Source: Eledone cirrhosa (Eukaryota). From it: DNA of 64,000 bases. Shown piece after piece: positions 41,130 through 56,707 of the stretch. Location: NCBI GenBank assembly GCA_964016885.1, contig OZ024747.1, forward strand, positions 80,662,001-80,726,000. The letters run 5' to 3'. Position 1 is the stretch's first letter. Each line of letters starts with the position of its first letter. The notes beneath the pieces were generated by a model. It had not been told where the DNA came from and ran no database searches. It saw only the letters and a program-made list of their open reading frames with translations. The translations under genes and the position numbers were made by a program.

Positions 41130-41398
41130 CATAGCTAAATATCAACCAGCATGGAAGACCAGCAGTCACCCATGCATACCAGTCTCCCCTCTCCGCACCA
41201 CCGATGTTGTCCAAGGGAAAGGCAAGGGCCGACACAGCTTGGCAATAGTGACGTTGCAACTCATTTCTACAGCTGAGTAAACTGGAGCAATGTGAAATAA
41301 AGTATCTTACTCAAGGACACAACGCATCACCCGGTCCGAGAATCGAACTCACAACCTTTCGATAGCAAGCCCAATGCTCTAACCACTAAGCCCTGCGC
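41130..41398 (-). mobile_element. SINE family B
   Basis: Reverse complement of the 10590-10732 head and core, with a longer body. Confidence 0.8.
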
Positions 41399-41869
41399 TG
41401 ATAAACATACAGCTCTCCATCCATGGAATCATTGCAGTATAGCTGTTAGTGAGGTGTTGGTTATCAGGTATGTATAGATCACGCGCATGATGGCTTGATA
41501 AAATCCATGAGCTGGGCTTTTCTCACTTGCGGATCAAGCCAGATTAATTGAAGATGGTCGCATGTAACAGGATCACTGAAAGGCATGTTTGACGACTCTG
41601 CCCCTACGACCCTCCCATGAATAAGAGGAAAAAAAGAAATATATATATACATACTGGTATTAGAGTGCATGTAACATTCATAATTCTTATGGATCATATT
41701 TCCGAGCACTTTATGAGTTATTTGTATGCAGCTTATGTGTCTCTTACACATACATATACACACATACACATACATACACATACACATACATACGTACGAG
41801 TATGGGTTGATTTTAATTCTTGATATTGATTAAAACATCTGCTTTTATTTTTGGAGGGTTTAGTTTATA

Positions 41870-43135
41870 TTAAATAGACTACTGGGCGCCATGATAAAGT
41901 TATATCGTTGTGAGCTGAGTTTTCATATATTTCTTTGTTCTATTAAACACTAAATTGCACGCTAGGTTTATGATTTCTTAGATTCGTTCATGCACATGTT
42001 CACAAAGCAAGTATGAAAGAAACATGGCGAGATTCTATATTTGGAATGTTGATCAATTCTACAGTGAAGCTAAATCGTGGTATTTTGAAAATAGGAAAAT
42101 TTTAAAATACTAACTAAAGAAGTAAGCATACCTGACAGTTATGTTTAAATCTATTGTAAAAATGAGACACCACACAGAACTCTTGACTGGATACTTGGTT
42201 ATAACTTACCTCACTTTCAATGGCAAAAACCACGGGAGAAATATGTAGCTTACTTCATTTTGTTGGTATTACATTATAATGTTACGACTTTTGAGTACGA
42301 GAACAAATCTCTGTCTTGGATGGGTACATAGTATACTGCTCATAGTGTGTAGATGTTGAATACCTCTTTAAACTAGATACCGGGTTTCGGCATCCGGAGG
42401 TTGGCACAAATCTTTTGTGAAGGCGTGTGGCTGAGTGGTTAGAGAATTGGATTCACAATCTTGAGGTTGTGAATTCGATTCCTGGACCGGACGATGCGTT
42501 ATGTCCTTGAGCAAGACACTTTATTTCACGTTGCTCCTTCTACCTGGAGTTGCGACCGATAGATAGTACTAGCAACTGGAAAGACCAACGGACACATTGT
42601 TTCCTCGGTCCGATTTGACGGAAGTCGATCGATCCTTTTTATTTTAGACTAGATACTTGGTTATAACTTACCTCACTTTCAATGGTAAAAACCATGGGAT
42701 AAATATGTAGCTTACTTCATTTTGTTGGCATTAGATTATAATTGTTTCTACTTTTGGCACAAGGCCAGCAATTACCCAGTGTATTACTGGTACTTTATTT
42801 TATCGACCTCGTAAGGATGAAAGGCAAAGTTAACCCCGGCGGGATTTGAACTCAGAATGGCAAGGGCCGAAACTCAATGCGTCAAAGCATGGCGTCCGAC
42901 CCTCTACCGATACTGCCAATCCATAATGTTACGATTTTTGAGTACGAGAAGAAATCTCTGTCTTGGATGGGTACATACTTTACTGCACATATTGTGTAGA
43001 TGTTTAAGATCCCTTTCGAAATGTTTGAATAGACAAGCAACGGGGAACATTAATGTCATCATTTTCCCCGAGATATTTTATAAGAGTTAACTCAAGCTGA
43101 GCATGAGATGGTATATATGAAATATTAAATAATTG

Positions 43136-43224
<89 letters not shown>

Positions 43225-43342
43225 ATGATAATGATAATAATATTTGTAGAATTTAATCTAATTTTATAATTTTGCTATGTAGAGTGCAAAGCTTTTTTTT
43301 AAAATCTTGGTTAACGTTCTGGAGAACTTTCTCACATTCGTC

Positions 43343-43414
<72 letters not shown>

Positions 43415-44220
43415 TTATATATATATATTAATATATTTATATATATATTATATGTATATCAATATATTGCGTGTGCGAGCTTAGGATTGTTGCGAAAAAA
43501 CATTTTGTGAATAAAAATAGGCGAATGCCTGTTGAAAATGCACAGTATATATATATTTTTTTATATATAACATTAAACAATTTTAAATAATGCTGTCATA
43601 GTGTGACTTGAAAATATAAACTTTTTATGAGAAGAATAGAGTTCAACATTTTCAAAATAAACTTCATTGAAATTTAGCGTCAATCAGTTTGAAAATTCGC
43701 ATGATGGTCTGTGTCCCAGGCACGTATTTAGCTTTCAATAGTCGTCACAGGAGGTAATTTCAATTCTAAAACGATGATTTATTACTTACTATTTAGAAAT
43801 ATCTCTTTTAAAAAATATATGGCGTATACGAAAATAAAGTGATATCCCTTCTCCTCTGGATATTCTTGCTTAAACGTGTAATAAGCTTCTGTTCATATTT
43901 TTGCCAAGTATCTATCTATTGGGTGGTTCTGATATTCTCTCTTCATTTCCTATTCATTAATTAAAAGAATAATTCTCTCTTTTGAAGCTCCGTTTACTTG
44001 ATGAGGTAGAAACAGTTTCGTACTTTAAACGTCTGCATTTTGATCGCCGTTTTCTTTCTGTATTATTTCGGGCTCACATTTACTTGTATGTCAGATCTTC
44101 TCCTGCCTTTCATTCCGGTGATTCCCTGGAACGGAGTGCTACTAGTAGTTGATGGAGAGGTGCTCTTCCATACGATGGCCTATCAGACAGACCGTGCAGG
44201 AGACAAACCATCTGGCCCCT
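41870..44220 (-). pseudogene. Possible decayed iGluR-like gene (end of ATD, S1 and M1-like exons)
   Basis: Splice-bounded segment 44078-44220 reads MVC..RPSYGRAPLHQLL / TPFQGITG. A segment from ~43916 begins IDTW. GAG|GTAAGT donor at ~42209. All frames are broken. Confidence 0.3.
42186..43004. repeat. Local ~170-bp duplication, one copy interrupted by a family A SINE (42737-42922, -)
   Basis: 42186-42357 matches 42647-42741 plus 42923-43004. Confidence 0.9.
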
Positions 44221-44340
44221 CTGCAGTTTGGGAATCAATGTTGTTTGTTATTGTTGCATTTATCGACTACTCTCTGTAGCTGTCGTCTGTTTTTCTCGAT
44301 GTTTACCGATTATGCTAATCTCCACTCTGAGGCACATTGT

Positions 44341-44702
44341 AATAATTGTTTCTACTTTTGGCACAAGGCCAGCAATTACCCAGTGCATTACTGGTACTTT
44401 ATTTTATCGACCCCGTAAGGATGAAAGGCAAAGTTAACCTCGGCGGGATTTGAACTCAGAATGGCAAGGGCCGTGAATCTATGCGTCAAATCATGGCGTC
44501 CGACCCTCTACCGATACTGCCAATCCATATAATTGTTTCTACTTTAGGCACAAGGCCAGCAATTACCCAGTGCATTACTGGTACTTTATTTTATCGACCC
44601 CGTAAGGATGAAAGGCAAAGTCAACCTCGGCGGGATTTGAACTCAGATCGTAACTATGCTGGAAAGCATGGCGTCCGACCCTCTACCGATACTGCCAATC
44701 CA
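44341..44702 (-). mobile_element. Head-to-tail pair of SINE family A
   Basis: Copies at 44341-44527 and 44528-44702. Confidence 0.88.
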
Positions 44703-45164
44703 CATAATATCACATATATAGTCAAGTGGAATTGGAGACAGTAAAAGTAACAATTATACTTTTACATTAAAACGAAGGTGGCAACTCCAACCTCCACTAA
44801 AATATTAAAATAAATAAATAAAAACAAATGTATATCTACTTATCTGCAGACAGAAATGGTATTATCGGACTAAAATCTTTGCAAAATTGTATTACGTTCA
44901 ATTGCTGTTCTATTGTGACAGAAGAAAGAAAACATTGGCTTACAAGTTAACGGAAATCAATCGTAGAATCTAAGAAACATCTTTAGCTAAAATTAATATG
45001 GGTTATTTGGAAATCCAGACTACTCGTTGGCTATCATTGATTTTAGAGTTATATGCTTATATGTACTGCTGCATTGTGTGTACATACAATAACATTTCAA
45101 ATACGCTCATTCGATTTTTCATAAATTACTCCACCCCATACACGCGCACACATAGATACATACG

Positions 45165-45189
<25 letters not shown>

Positions 45190-45195
<6 letters not shown>

Positions 45196-45378
45196 GTTTC
45201 TACTTTAGGCACAAGGCCAGCAATTAACCAGTGTATTACTGGTACTTTATTTTATCGACCCCGTAAGGATGAAAGGCAAAGTCAACCTCGGCGGGATTTG
45301 AACTCAGATCGTAAAGGGACGTAACTATGCTGGAAAGCATGGCGTCCGACCCTCTACCGATACTGCCAATCCACCGCC
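45190..45378 (-). mobile_element. SINE family A (full length)
   Basis: Complete reverse-complement match. Further copies at 46038-46230, 46980-47090, 50570-50725 and 55793-55980 (all +). Confidence 0.88.
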
Positions 45379-45475
45379 TATATATATATATTATATATAT
45401 ATTATATATATATAATATATATATATGTATATAATATATATATAATATATATAGTAATAATCTGTTATTTTAATA

Positions 45476-45615
<140 letters not shown>

Positions 45616-45677
45616 TATTAAAATAACAGATTATTACTATATATATTATATATATATTATATACATATATATATATT

Positions 45678-45714
<37 letters not shown>

Positions 45715-46527
45715 TATGCTTAACACTGTTTTAGTGCTCTTGGCATTTAATTTATAACCAGACAAATTCGCACTATATGCAAATGAACATTTCCAGAAAA
45801 TGATTATCGCGCAAAATTTGTATTGACTTTAGTCCGTTTCTATCTCAGCACTGATTGAATGGATGTCAGTGATGAGAGATTAATAATCTTGAAACAGCGC
45901 TGTGTGGCATTATCGACTGTTACTGAGATATCTGTGACATGTTCACAGAGCAAAAGAGAGAAAGATATGTTTTTCATAACTGATTTTATATGGTTATTGC
46001 GTATAAACAAATGGTAGTATTAATATTATATACTAATGGGGGGCAAATTGGCAGTATCAGTAGAGTGTCAGACACCATGTTCTGAGTTCAAATCCCGCCG
46101 ATGTTATGTTTGCCGTTCATCCTTACGTGGTCGATAGAAAGAAAGCACCAGTAATGAACTGGGGTCGAATTAATCGACTTTCCCGTCCCTCCAAAATTGC
46201 TGGCCTTGTGTCTATAGTAGAAATCAATATTATCAATCAATCAAAGACGACTAGTAATTTATCAATGACAGAAAAAAAGCTGAACTAAAGACGTTCCATC
46301 TCTTGTATCAATAAAATATGTAACATTATACTGAAATGACTAAAGTCATTTTCTAAACTTTTTATCACATTTTAAGCACCTGAGTAATTAATAGCACACA
46401 TGACATCCCTATGTCATTTACAATATTGAATTCTGTCCATGAATAGTTTTATTTCAAATTCTGTGGAGGTCCTATCCGCCTTTGTCAATAATATGTGCCC
46501 TGATTTATACAATATACGTATTATTAA

Positions 46528-47538
46528 CTAGCAATAAAGCCCGGCGTTGCTCGGGGCTGCTCAGTAGCTCTGTTAAAGTTACAATGTTAAGTTCCTTTCA
46601 CATTCATCTGTAAAACAAACGTAGCCCATGTGTCAAGTTTTGTGAAAATCGGTTGCGAACTCCAGAAGTTTAGACGTGTTGTTTTATTGCACTGCAGTTC
46701 TTCAGTCGACTCCAAGGGGGTTATCTGCCGGGGGCCCTATAATCAATATCTTGAAAAATGAAAGTGCCCATGACCATCCGGAGTACATAAGTAACCTATG
46801 ATTAAGTTTGGTGAAAATACTGTAGAAACGTATAAGGTTACACACACACGCGCGCGCGTGTTTGTGTGTGTGTATGTATTTGTGTGTGCGTACGTATATT
46901 TATGTGTATGTCCGTCGGCGCATACGTATGTACTGGCCTAAATCTTCTCTATTTACTTTTACTATTTTAAGGCAAAGTTAAAATCCCGTCGAGGTTAACT
47001 TTGCCTTTCATCCTTACGAGGTTGATAAAATAAAGTACCAGTAATGTACTGGGTAATTGCTGGCCTTGTGCCAAAAGTAGAAACAACTATTTTAATAACC
47101 TCTGTCATTTTCGTTTACAATTTTATTTACATCATTCTTAAACTCCGGGGCTGGAAATCATTCGGTTATTTTAAATAGAATATTAGTCTAACGACTCCAT
47201 TTATACCATAAACTTGGTCTCGTCTTTGCATGAAATTGTTCTTCTCGGTCCACATAACGACGTATTATCCTCGCTTTTTTCCTGTTCATTACCACGGAAC
47301 GTCTTCATGAACCAAAATATTGTCTTCCTGTTTTCCTTCGGTTGCAACGTTTCTCGAAATATTTAATTCTGCTTTCACATATTGAATATTTTAGTTTAAG
47401 AAGATCCCGTTAATGTTGAAAGCAGCGATTCTTTGCTTAAACTTTCTTTCTTTTAAACCCCTCTCCCTTTTTTCTCATACCCTCTTTCTCTCTTTCTCTG
47501 TCTCTCCTCCTCTACAGAATGCAGAACAATAAAGAACG

Positions 47539-47624
<86 letters not shown>

Positions 47625-48089
47625 ATATATATATATATGTGTTTGCGCGCGCGTGTGTGTGTGTGAACCAACGTTCGTCACAATTCTCTCTCTTTATCTG
47701 ATTAACTTGTACCTCTCTCTGTGTAACGACCTATCTCACTCTCTCTCTCTACATCTCCTTTTCTCCCTTTAGATGTATAAGTAAATGTGTGTGTGTGTGA
47801 TATATATATAGAGAGAGTTGCAACATGTATGTATTTTCATAGATTTTTTAGGGTAGTAGTGAGAGGAATTAAGCGTGTAAGAGAGAGGGTTACAGCATGT
47901 ATTTAGTTTTATCGTTTTTTTTTCATAGAAGCAGGAAAGTTTGGCAAAGTTTATTACGCGTTGACCATCCTTGGTAAATTTGGAGCACATTGGAAATAAA
48001 ATCATCAAAATCGGTAGAGAAATGTGGAAATGCATAAAAATCATACACACACACAGACAGACATCTTTCGTTTTATATATAGAGAGATT
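46528..48089 (+). mobile_element. Helitron/Helentron-associated (HINE/DINE-like) pieces at 46528-46840 and ~47830-48089
   Basis: 5' ACTAG..CCCGGCGTTGCTCGGG hairpin, internal AAGTTT..TGAAAATCGG motifs, 3' (CAGA)n..CGTTTTATATATAGAGAT-like end. May be two separate elements. Confidence 0.5.
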
Positions 48090-48473
48090 ATACCAATTAG
48101 AATTAATCATTTCAGTTAAATATCAGAGAGGGAAGTTATATAAACACTTCAGGTGTAACTTGAAATCAGGTTCAAGCTATTCCCAGGAGTCGTATGAAAA
48201 TGATTCAAGATTAAAGGGAGACAAGTTGAAATGAGGGAAGGATAGCATGTAGTCTTTACACCAATAATATACTGAATATATTATGCACTCAGTAGCGATA
48301 AAATTAGCTTTACTTTATCAATGATAAACCAATTCAAAATTCTCGATGAATTATTAAAACACATTGTCACTTATATTTGCTCTTAAATTAGATGCGTCTC
48401 TTTTCACTCAATATGTTAGATTTTGAATATGTACATAGGCATTCATCTTTACATTAGATAACGATAAAAATAA

Positions 48474-48510
<37 letters not shown>

Positions 48511-48689
48511 ACTGACAGCTTTCTTTGAGAGCTAACAATTTCATGCATTGCTCCATCTCTTCAAGAAACGTACTGTTGTCTGCTCAGAAATTTGCTTATC
48601 TGACCAGCATCAATCAACATATATCAAGACTTACCTTTATATCTAAAGAGCGTATGTATCTTTCTCAGGGATTGTTGGAGCTGGTACAG

Positions 48690-49200
48690 TAATGCGTCAA
48701 CTTCAGAATTCGGTCATCAGCGAGGTAGGTGTAAAAGTGATACTCGCTATCTTCAATTCGGTATTCGTGCCAACCCTTATGAATCTTCGGTATTGAACGA
48801 AAGAATTCGATGGCGAATACAAGCGACCGAAATGGGGTTCCTCCGAAGTGTCTTTGCAGTAAAGTTACTCGATAGACTGCGTAACTCGGAGATTAGAGTG
48901 TCGTTTTAGGTAGAGACGCTTCTTCTCCGAATTAAAAGATCACAGCTCCGAGATTAAGGGAATGTGGTTATAATGTCTCAGGAAAGAATCGCTGGGTAGA
49001 TTTTACAAGCAAAACCAACGAGCATGAGACCCAGGAGTACACATCAAGCAAGATGGTTGGGTAACATCCATGAGCTCGGTTGGTCTCGTTTGGGGATCTA
49101 GCCTGATCAATTAGAGTCAGTTGCTTCTGATATGACCCGTTGGAAGGTGTTCTTGAAGTCTCTGTCTCCAGGACCCTCTTTGGAATAAGTGGGTGAAGGA
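48690..49200 (+). mobile_element. Decayed RTE-clade LINE 3' fragment
   Basis: Encodes ..ERIRWRIQATEMGFLR.., homologous to 7200-7780. Confidence 0.65.
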
Positions 49201-51639
49201 GAAGGAGAATAGAATTAAGGATGTTGTACAGCGTTTTAAGGTCTGTATGTAATCTTATAAATAATATCTTCAACATTTGCTCCTTATTTAAGACCATTTA
49301 CAATGTTTGATAGATGTATTATCCTTTCAACACATTTTAATAATTTAAATATTTTAGTCACGATGGAAAGTCGAAGAGAACTAAACCATTATTTTGTCAT
49401 GCTCTATTGTATATAAATATTTCTAGAGTATAGACTACGAATTGGCAACGTCGTTGGAACGTCGGAGAGAATACTTTGCACTATTCGTTCTGTCTCTCTG
49501 AGTTTATATCACGCCGAGAATAAATTTGTCTTTCATCCTTTCAAGTTCAATAAAGTGCCAGAATTAGTACTAGTCTCGATTCTTCGTCTATATCATTTAG
49601 TTATTTACTGTCTCTTACTCTATATCCATTTCTGTAGAAATCGGCTGTGTTCTGACCTAGAGAGTAGATGGGCTTTGTCAGGTTTAAAGTGCCCGAGACA
49701 CTACTTAGCTCCTATGACTCTATCGGGATTAACTGGTCCATACATACATTTCTAGACTGCGTGCGTACTTTGGCGTAAGTATAAAGACTAATCGAGGTCA
49801 TCTTTGCCTTTCATCCATTTAAGGTAGGAAAGAAGTACAAGTTTAGTATAGGGGTTTGTTCTTCTTCAATATCTCTCTCTCACTTCCTTTCTCTCACCTT
49901 TTATCTTCCTCTGTAAGAAATCTGCTGTACTCAGACCTGGAGAGATGAGGGCTCCGCCAAGTTTGAAACAATGCCTTAGAAACGTCATATGGTGCCCCTA
50001 CGACTCCCTCAGGATTTATGGGTTTAAACATACATAAGTAATAATAGTTTCTACTTTTGGCACAAGGCCAGCAATTATCGGCGGGATTAGAACATAGAAC
50101 GTAAATGGCCATTAAATAATAAGATATCTAAATTATTATGGTAGATGAATCGACAGATGTATAACAAAGAATCTGGTTTTCAAAGATGTTAACTCTAAAG
50201 ATTGTCAATTCATTCCTACCCATGGGAACATAACATCATCTCAAGTATCAAACAAATCAGAAAAAATATACTTTCAAAAGAAATGATACATGTCATAATT
50301 CTCTCTAAATTGCCAACACTCTTATATCTTTTAAAATAATGACTGAATTCTCACGGGTATAGTTAGTTGTTTACTCTAGATCATTTCGGTGGTAATTACT
50401 TATCAAGCGTTTTGGAAAGCGTCAGGCGTAATTTGGGAGTTAATAGTTTCAGATTTATTCGCACCAGGAAAACCATTTAAATCAGATTCACTTTGTAAGC
50501 AGTATTGTGTTAAGGAAAATATTTTTTTGTATCTATTGCTATTTTGTATGCAGGTGACAATTTACCTAAGGTGGTGAAATGATAGCATCATTAGAATGTC
50601 GGACAAAATAATTTGAGGTATTCGTTCTGGTTCTCTGTGCTTGAGTTTAAATCCCGCCGAGGTCAGCTTTGCTTTTCGCCGTTTCAAGGTCGATAAATAA
50701 AATACTGGACCAGTACTGTGGGTCCCTCCTCTTCTTCCCCTCTTCCTCCTGCTCCTCCACATTTTCCTTCTCCCACTCTTTCTCCCCCTTCTTCTCCTGC
50801 CCTCTGCCCCTCCTCCTCTGGAAGAAATAGGTTGTTTTCAGACCTGGAGAGGAATGGACTCCACTAACTAGAAATGCCCTAGACAGTGTTATGACCCATT
50901 ACGAGTTTATAGCCCATGGATGGCTGGATGGCTGGTATTTTAAAGTAGAATCACATTTTCCGTTATTTGAAAATATATAATTTTGATAGTGTCATTTATT
51001 CATAGCATTACACATTTGGGTGTCTGTTATTATTTTTTGACGATATAATTCCTTTAAACGCTCTACAGTTTCTGTCCGATCTCTTCTATGTGTATTTAGT
51101 ATTGCCTAATCTTATGTAAAGTTTTCTTTATTGTAATGAAAGAATTGTTTAGTCTCGTGTGATCTATACATTATATGTTTTCATTTGTCTATCTGCTTTC
51201 AATTTCGAGTAGGTGTATTGTATCAGTTACAAGGCATTGTTTACATAATCCTACTATTTCAATAGATAAAAAGATATATGTATGTAGAAGCATTCAACTC
51301 ATTTCCATCAACTGCTCAGGATTTAGTGTGATGTGATGTGATGTGGACTTTCTCTTTGTAAGTTATCTACGGCATGCTGGAAATGTAAATTGATATGTAA
51401 AGGTGGTACATTTTTAAACACTTCTAATGGTAGCTATGACGTAAATTTATTTTAGCAATGTCGTTACTGTTGTTGATAATAAACAGTCGGTGCGTCGTTA
51501 TGTGATAGAATTGTACATAAGAAAAAATACAATGCCTAGATTGCGTTTCTAATCAGTACCGATATACGATTTACTCAATCAGTGATGTTGTTTTTAACGT
51601 TTTTAGTTATGACACATCGCGTTCTGATTTCGCCTTCAC

Positions 51640-51686
<47 letters not shown>

Positions 51687-51779
51687 ACGAAGGAGGAGGA
51701 CAGTCTAACCACACATACACACAAACATACATTCTATATATATATATATATATATGTATGTGGATGAGTGTGAGTGTGT

Positions 51780-51892
<113 letters not shown>

Positions 51893-53088
51893 TCTGTGTG
51901 TGTGTGTGTGTGTGAATGCAGATGTTTAGATATGTAATTATGTTCTCGTTATTTTTATTGGCTATAATTCATGCCCTAAAATATAGCTAAATGACTTAAT
52001 GTTATTCTGATGACGAAACTGAGGGCAGAGAGCAAAGGTTAAAAATCTAATTGTCTTTTTGCCTGCCATGAAATGTGAATCTTCGTTTTGGGGTTTTAGT
52101 TAAATAAGACATAGAAAACCTGGTCTTTTTTTCAGGGCCGTTATTTAATTCCTCACCACAGAAGTGTTTCAGGGTTATTTATGGTGAGTTTGCGTGATAA
52201 AATATGCAAGAGAATCAGCAGATTTGGGTAGTGAAATGACAAATGAATATGGAACGAATTAAAACGAATGCAAAAGCGAATAGAACATTTTTATGAAAAT
52301 TGCAACAATATCGGCAGTCGTTTCGGGTAAAAATGGCGTCTGTTTTTATTTTCTCTATAACCACATCATGAGCCTGTATGTATAAGTGTGTTTTTATATG
52401 TGTTTATGTGATGTTTCACTTTGTGTCTCGTTGTGCAATTTTGAGTTTGTGTCTGTGTGATTTATAGTGTGTGGTATGCTTAGATGTGTGCGACTGTGTA
52501 TAGTGACATCTTGCCGTGAGGCATGCGTGTAGGAGAGGAGCGAAAATAAGAAAAATCGAAGAGTAGAAGTAGAAGGAGAAGGAATGCGAAGAAAGACCAT
52601 ATAAAGAAATAAAATGTTATACAGAAGGCCTATAAAACATTTTCTAACATCTGCCATGAGACTGTAGTAGTTTTGTGTAGCATAAATTGAAGAAACCAGA
52701 CAATGTATAGAATGATCAGTATTATTGTGTAAAAAAAAAAGATGGGGAAGTTTTCTTTTTGTGAGGAGACAAAAAGATAAAAATATACAACAATAAAAAG
52801 CGAAGAATATCAAATATAAAAAGCCGGTCATTATTGAATATCACTGATTTTGTTTTCATTCTATTTCAATTCTTTTACCAATGACTGGGGAAAGAAACGG
52901 AGGTAGAGTGGTGATGTGAAAATTCAGAGTGAAAAGGATAGATAGTTAAAGACAGACAGACGCACACACACATACACACACATACATACACACTCACACA
53001 TAATTATATATATATATATATATAAACACTCACAGATATATAATTATATATATATATACACATATAATATACATACAATATATACATG

Positions 53089-53181
<93 letters not shown>

Positions 53182-53184
53182 GTG

Positions 53185-53247
<63 letters not shown>

Positions 53248-53460
53248 ATATATATACATATGTGTATATATGTATATATATATGTGTGTATGTATCTGTA
53301 AAGAAATAAGGAGAAGGAGTGAGAGAGTGAAGGAGGGTAAGCAGAAATTTGATATAAAGGGAACAAAGCGAGAATAGAGGGAGAGATAGGTAAGCTGATA
53401 TCAGGAAAACAGTAAAACATTAGGGCAATGAATCGATGAAGAAAAAGAACACCTATATCT

Positions 53461-53559
<99 letters not shown>

Positions 53560-53793
53560 TATAGATATATATTTGTGTGCGTTTGTGTGCCCGTGACTCC
53601 TGATGTGTAGCCGTTGGAGTGCTGTAGTGACATACGGCGTTTCTTGAACCTCTTTTTCAATCTTGCGATGTCCATCTTTTCTGTAGATCTAAACAACACC
53701 CACTTCCTCGAGAGAAAGAGAGTGGGAGGGTTAGAGTGGAATTTAGAAAGTAAGAGACAAGAAGAGTCGTTCCAGTACAATACTGGTATATAC

Positions 53794-53900
<107 letters not shown>

Positions 53901-56417
53901 ATGTATATTAACGTTGAAATGATGAAAAGCAATTTTGACCTTGGGAGGATTTGAACTCAGAGGTCAGATAGTTGGAACAAATACCACTGTATTCTAATAA
54001 CACTGCCTGTATATATATAAGAATGTATATATATATATATATATAAGAATGTATATATTGATTTATACATTTATATTATATAAGCATGTAAACCTTGCAA
54101 CTATACACATTTCCCTGTAAAGTGAAATGATTCTATACAATGTAATATTATTCTCTACTTCGGCTGTTTAGCTCACCTTTTAACAGACATTTATTGACAT
54201 AATATGACATCTATTGACATCATAGTATCACATAATTACTTGTAGTTGTTTCGACGTTCACTCAGGATATGTCTGTCTGGGTCTTATTAATGTAGATTCA
54301 CTCGCTGGAGTCCGCTGAGCTCTCTCCAATTAATCTCCTAGATAAGAAAGATTAAATATGTTCTCTACTTCTAAAGTATATTCATATTTTTAACCTATTC
54401 AAAAAATTCTAAATGAAATTCAAATTAACAGAATCGTAAGAAATAAATGATATTTTGAGACAGAATTGCACATTTTAGATAAAATTTCAAAGAAAGTAAG
54501 AAAACACACAGTCGGGTTCATTATCAACAATTTCAACAGTGTTGAGACTTGTCTGTAGAGAATTTCATGAGCTCATGATTATAGATTCAGGAAAAGAATT
54601 AGCATACAATAAATATTACCTCATCAGTGACGGTTGAAGCAACTCCGTCAGTATTATTATTCTGAATAAATTTACGAAATCATTACCCAACCATTAATAA
54701 ACTATTACAGAATCAGACGATACGAAGTTAATATTGAAAAAGAGACACAGTAGCACTACAGAAGAAAAAAGACTACATACATGGAATCTAGAATTAATAC
54801 AAACACACACACATTCACACACACCCACAGACACATACACACACACACAGACACAGACACAAACACACACACAGACACACTCACACAGACACACACAGAC
54901 ATAGACACTCACACATACACATACATATACACAGATAGACAGAAACACAGACACAGGCACACAAACAGACAGACACACACATATATATATACATACACAC
55001 ACAATACGTGTGTGAGGGCAAAAGCATCTTCAATATCTTACAAACAAATGAAGATTCAATTTGATTTTACTTATTCTAGATCACTGCCTATTACAAAAAA
55101 TACGACAAAATATGTAATTCCTTTTCTTAAATTCCCGTAATTGATATACATTTCATGCGTTAGTTAATTAGAAGACAAAATAAACCAAATGTAAGGTAGA
55201 TCGTGAATATTGTCAAAGGACCAACGTTGTTGTTGTTTAGTCCCAGGTCAACACCGGTCGATTAAAACATTGTAATCATAACCATACCATATTTCCCCGT
55301 CATGTTACTCGGAGTACTATACACTATGTAAGCAATTTTCTAAAGGGAGTAAGTATGGACACCTGACTGCTATTTCTAGTAGATTGAGTGACCACATAAT
55401 AGCTTCCTAGAAATATTAGTTGCAAACGAATAACAAAAATGGTCGAAAGGAATATAACCCAGAATGCACAGTATCTATTTGAAAGTCATCATGAACGTAT
55501 GATTTACCGTACTAGAAACGTTTGTACAAATACCATTTTATTCGCTGTCATCTACAAACTGTAAACTAGCTCAAAGGAACAATAAGTTCAAACAATGGAA
55601 TAAATGTTTTGTTGTGAAGAAAACGAGAATCTACCCTTTCTGAAAAACATCAACATTCATTTCCATATGTCAAGGCTTCTGCGGACGTCGAGTCTGACGC
55701 CAACGCTACAGCTCCGTACCGGTTCACCGCTTCGCGTATAGGCGAAATACGAGACGACCGACCGACACATACACCCACGTTATTAAATTTAATGGCGGTG
55801 GGTTGGCAGTATCAGTAGAAGGTCGGACGCCATGCTTTGCAGCAAAGGGTTACGCCCCTTTATGATCTGAGTTCAAATCCCGCCGAGGTTAGCTTTGCCT
55901 TTCATCCTTACAGGGTCGATTAAATAAAGTACTAATGTACTGGGGTAATTGCTGGACTTATGCCAAAAGTAGAAACAATTAAATTTAATCTAATCTTTGT
56001 GTTTGATGCGTTGCTATTTCAAGACGTAAGCCAGCACAAAAGTCCTCGACTTCTACTGTTCCGCTATATAGAATTGGGACAACAGACTGATTATTGAAGT
56101 CCAATCTGAAAAATATGGATTAGGAGGCTTTTTCCCATTCTTTAGACAGTAGCTTATTTGTTTGTTAAATCCACTTTTTCTAATTTGCCATGTGAGTTTG
56201 AAGCATGGTATCGTTAGGTAAATGTGTCCAACAGATCAGTGATTTGGTCAAAAGAATCCAGCAATGGTTTACAAGGGCAACTAGATTTTAACTGAGATAA
56301 TTAAAATATAATCTAACTAATGGGTGAAATATGTTTTACTACTACAAATTAAGGACTTATTTATAAAGCTGCAGATACAGCACTACAATCACTCAAGTGA
56401 ATAGACCGCTTAAGAAA

Positions 56418-56498
<81 letters not shown>

Positions 56499-56582
56499 GT
56501 CTATCTATCTGTCTATCTATCTATATATATATATATATATATGGAGAATAGGATTGGCTGTGTAGCTGCTAGTTAAGGTAGG

Positions 56583-56707
<125 letters not shown>

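Noticed and set aside
52007-52025. CTGATGACGAAAC hammerhead-like string
   Set aside because: No room for stem II, and no convincing stems I or III.
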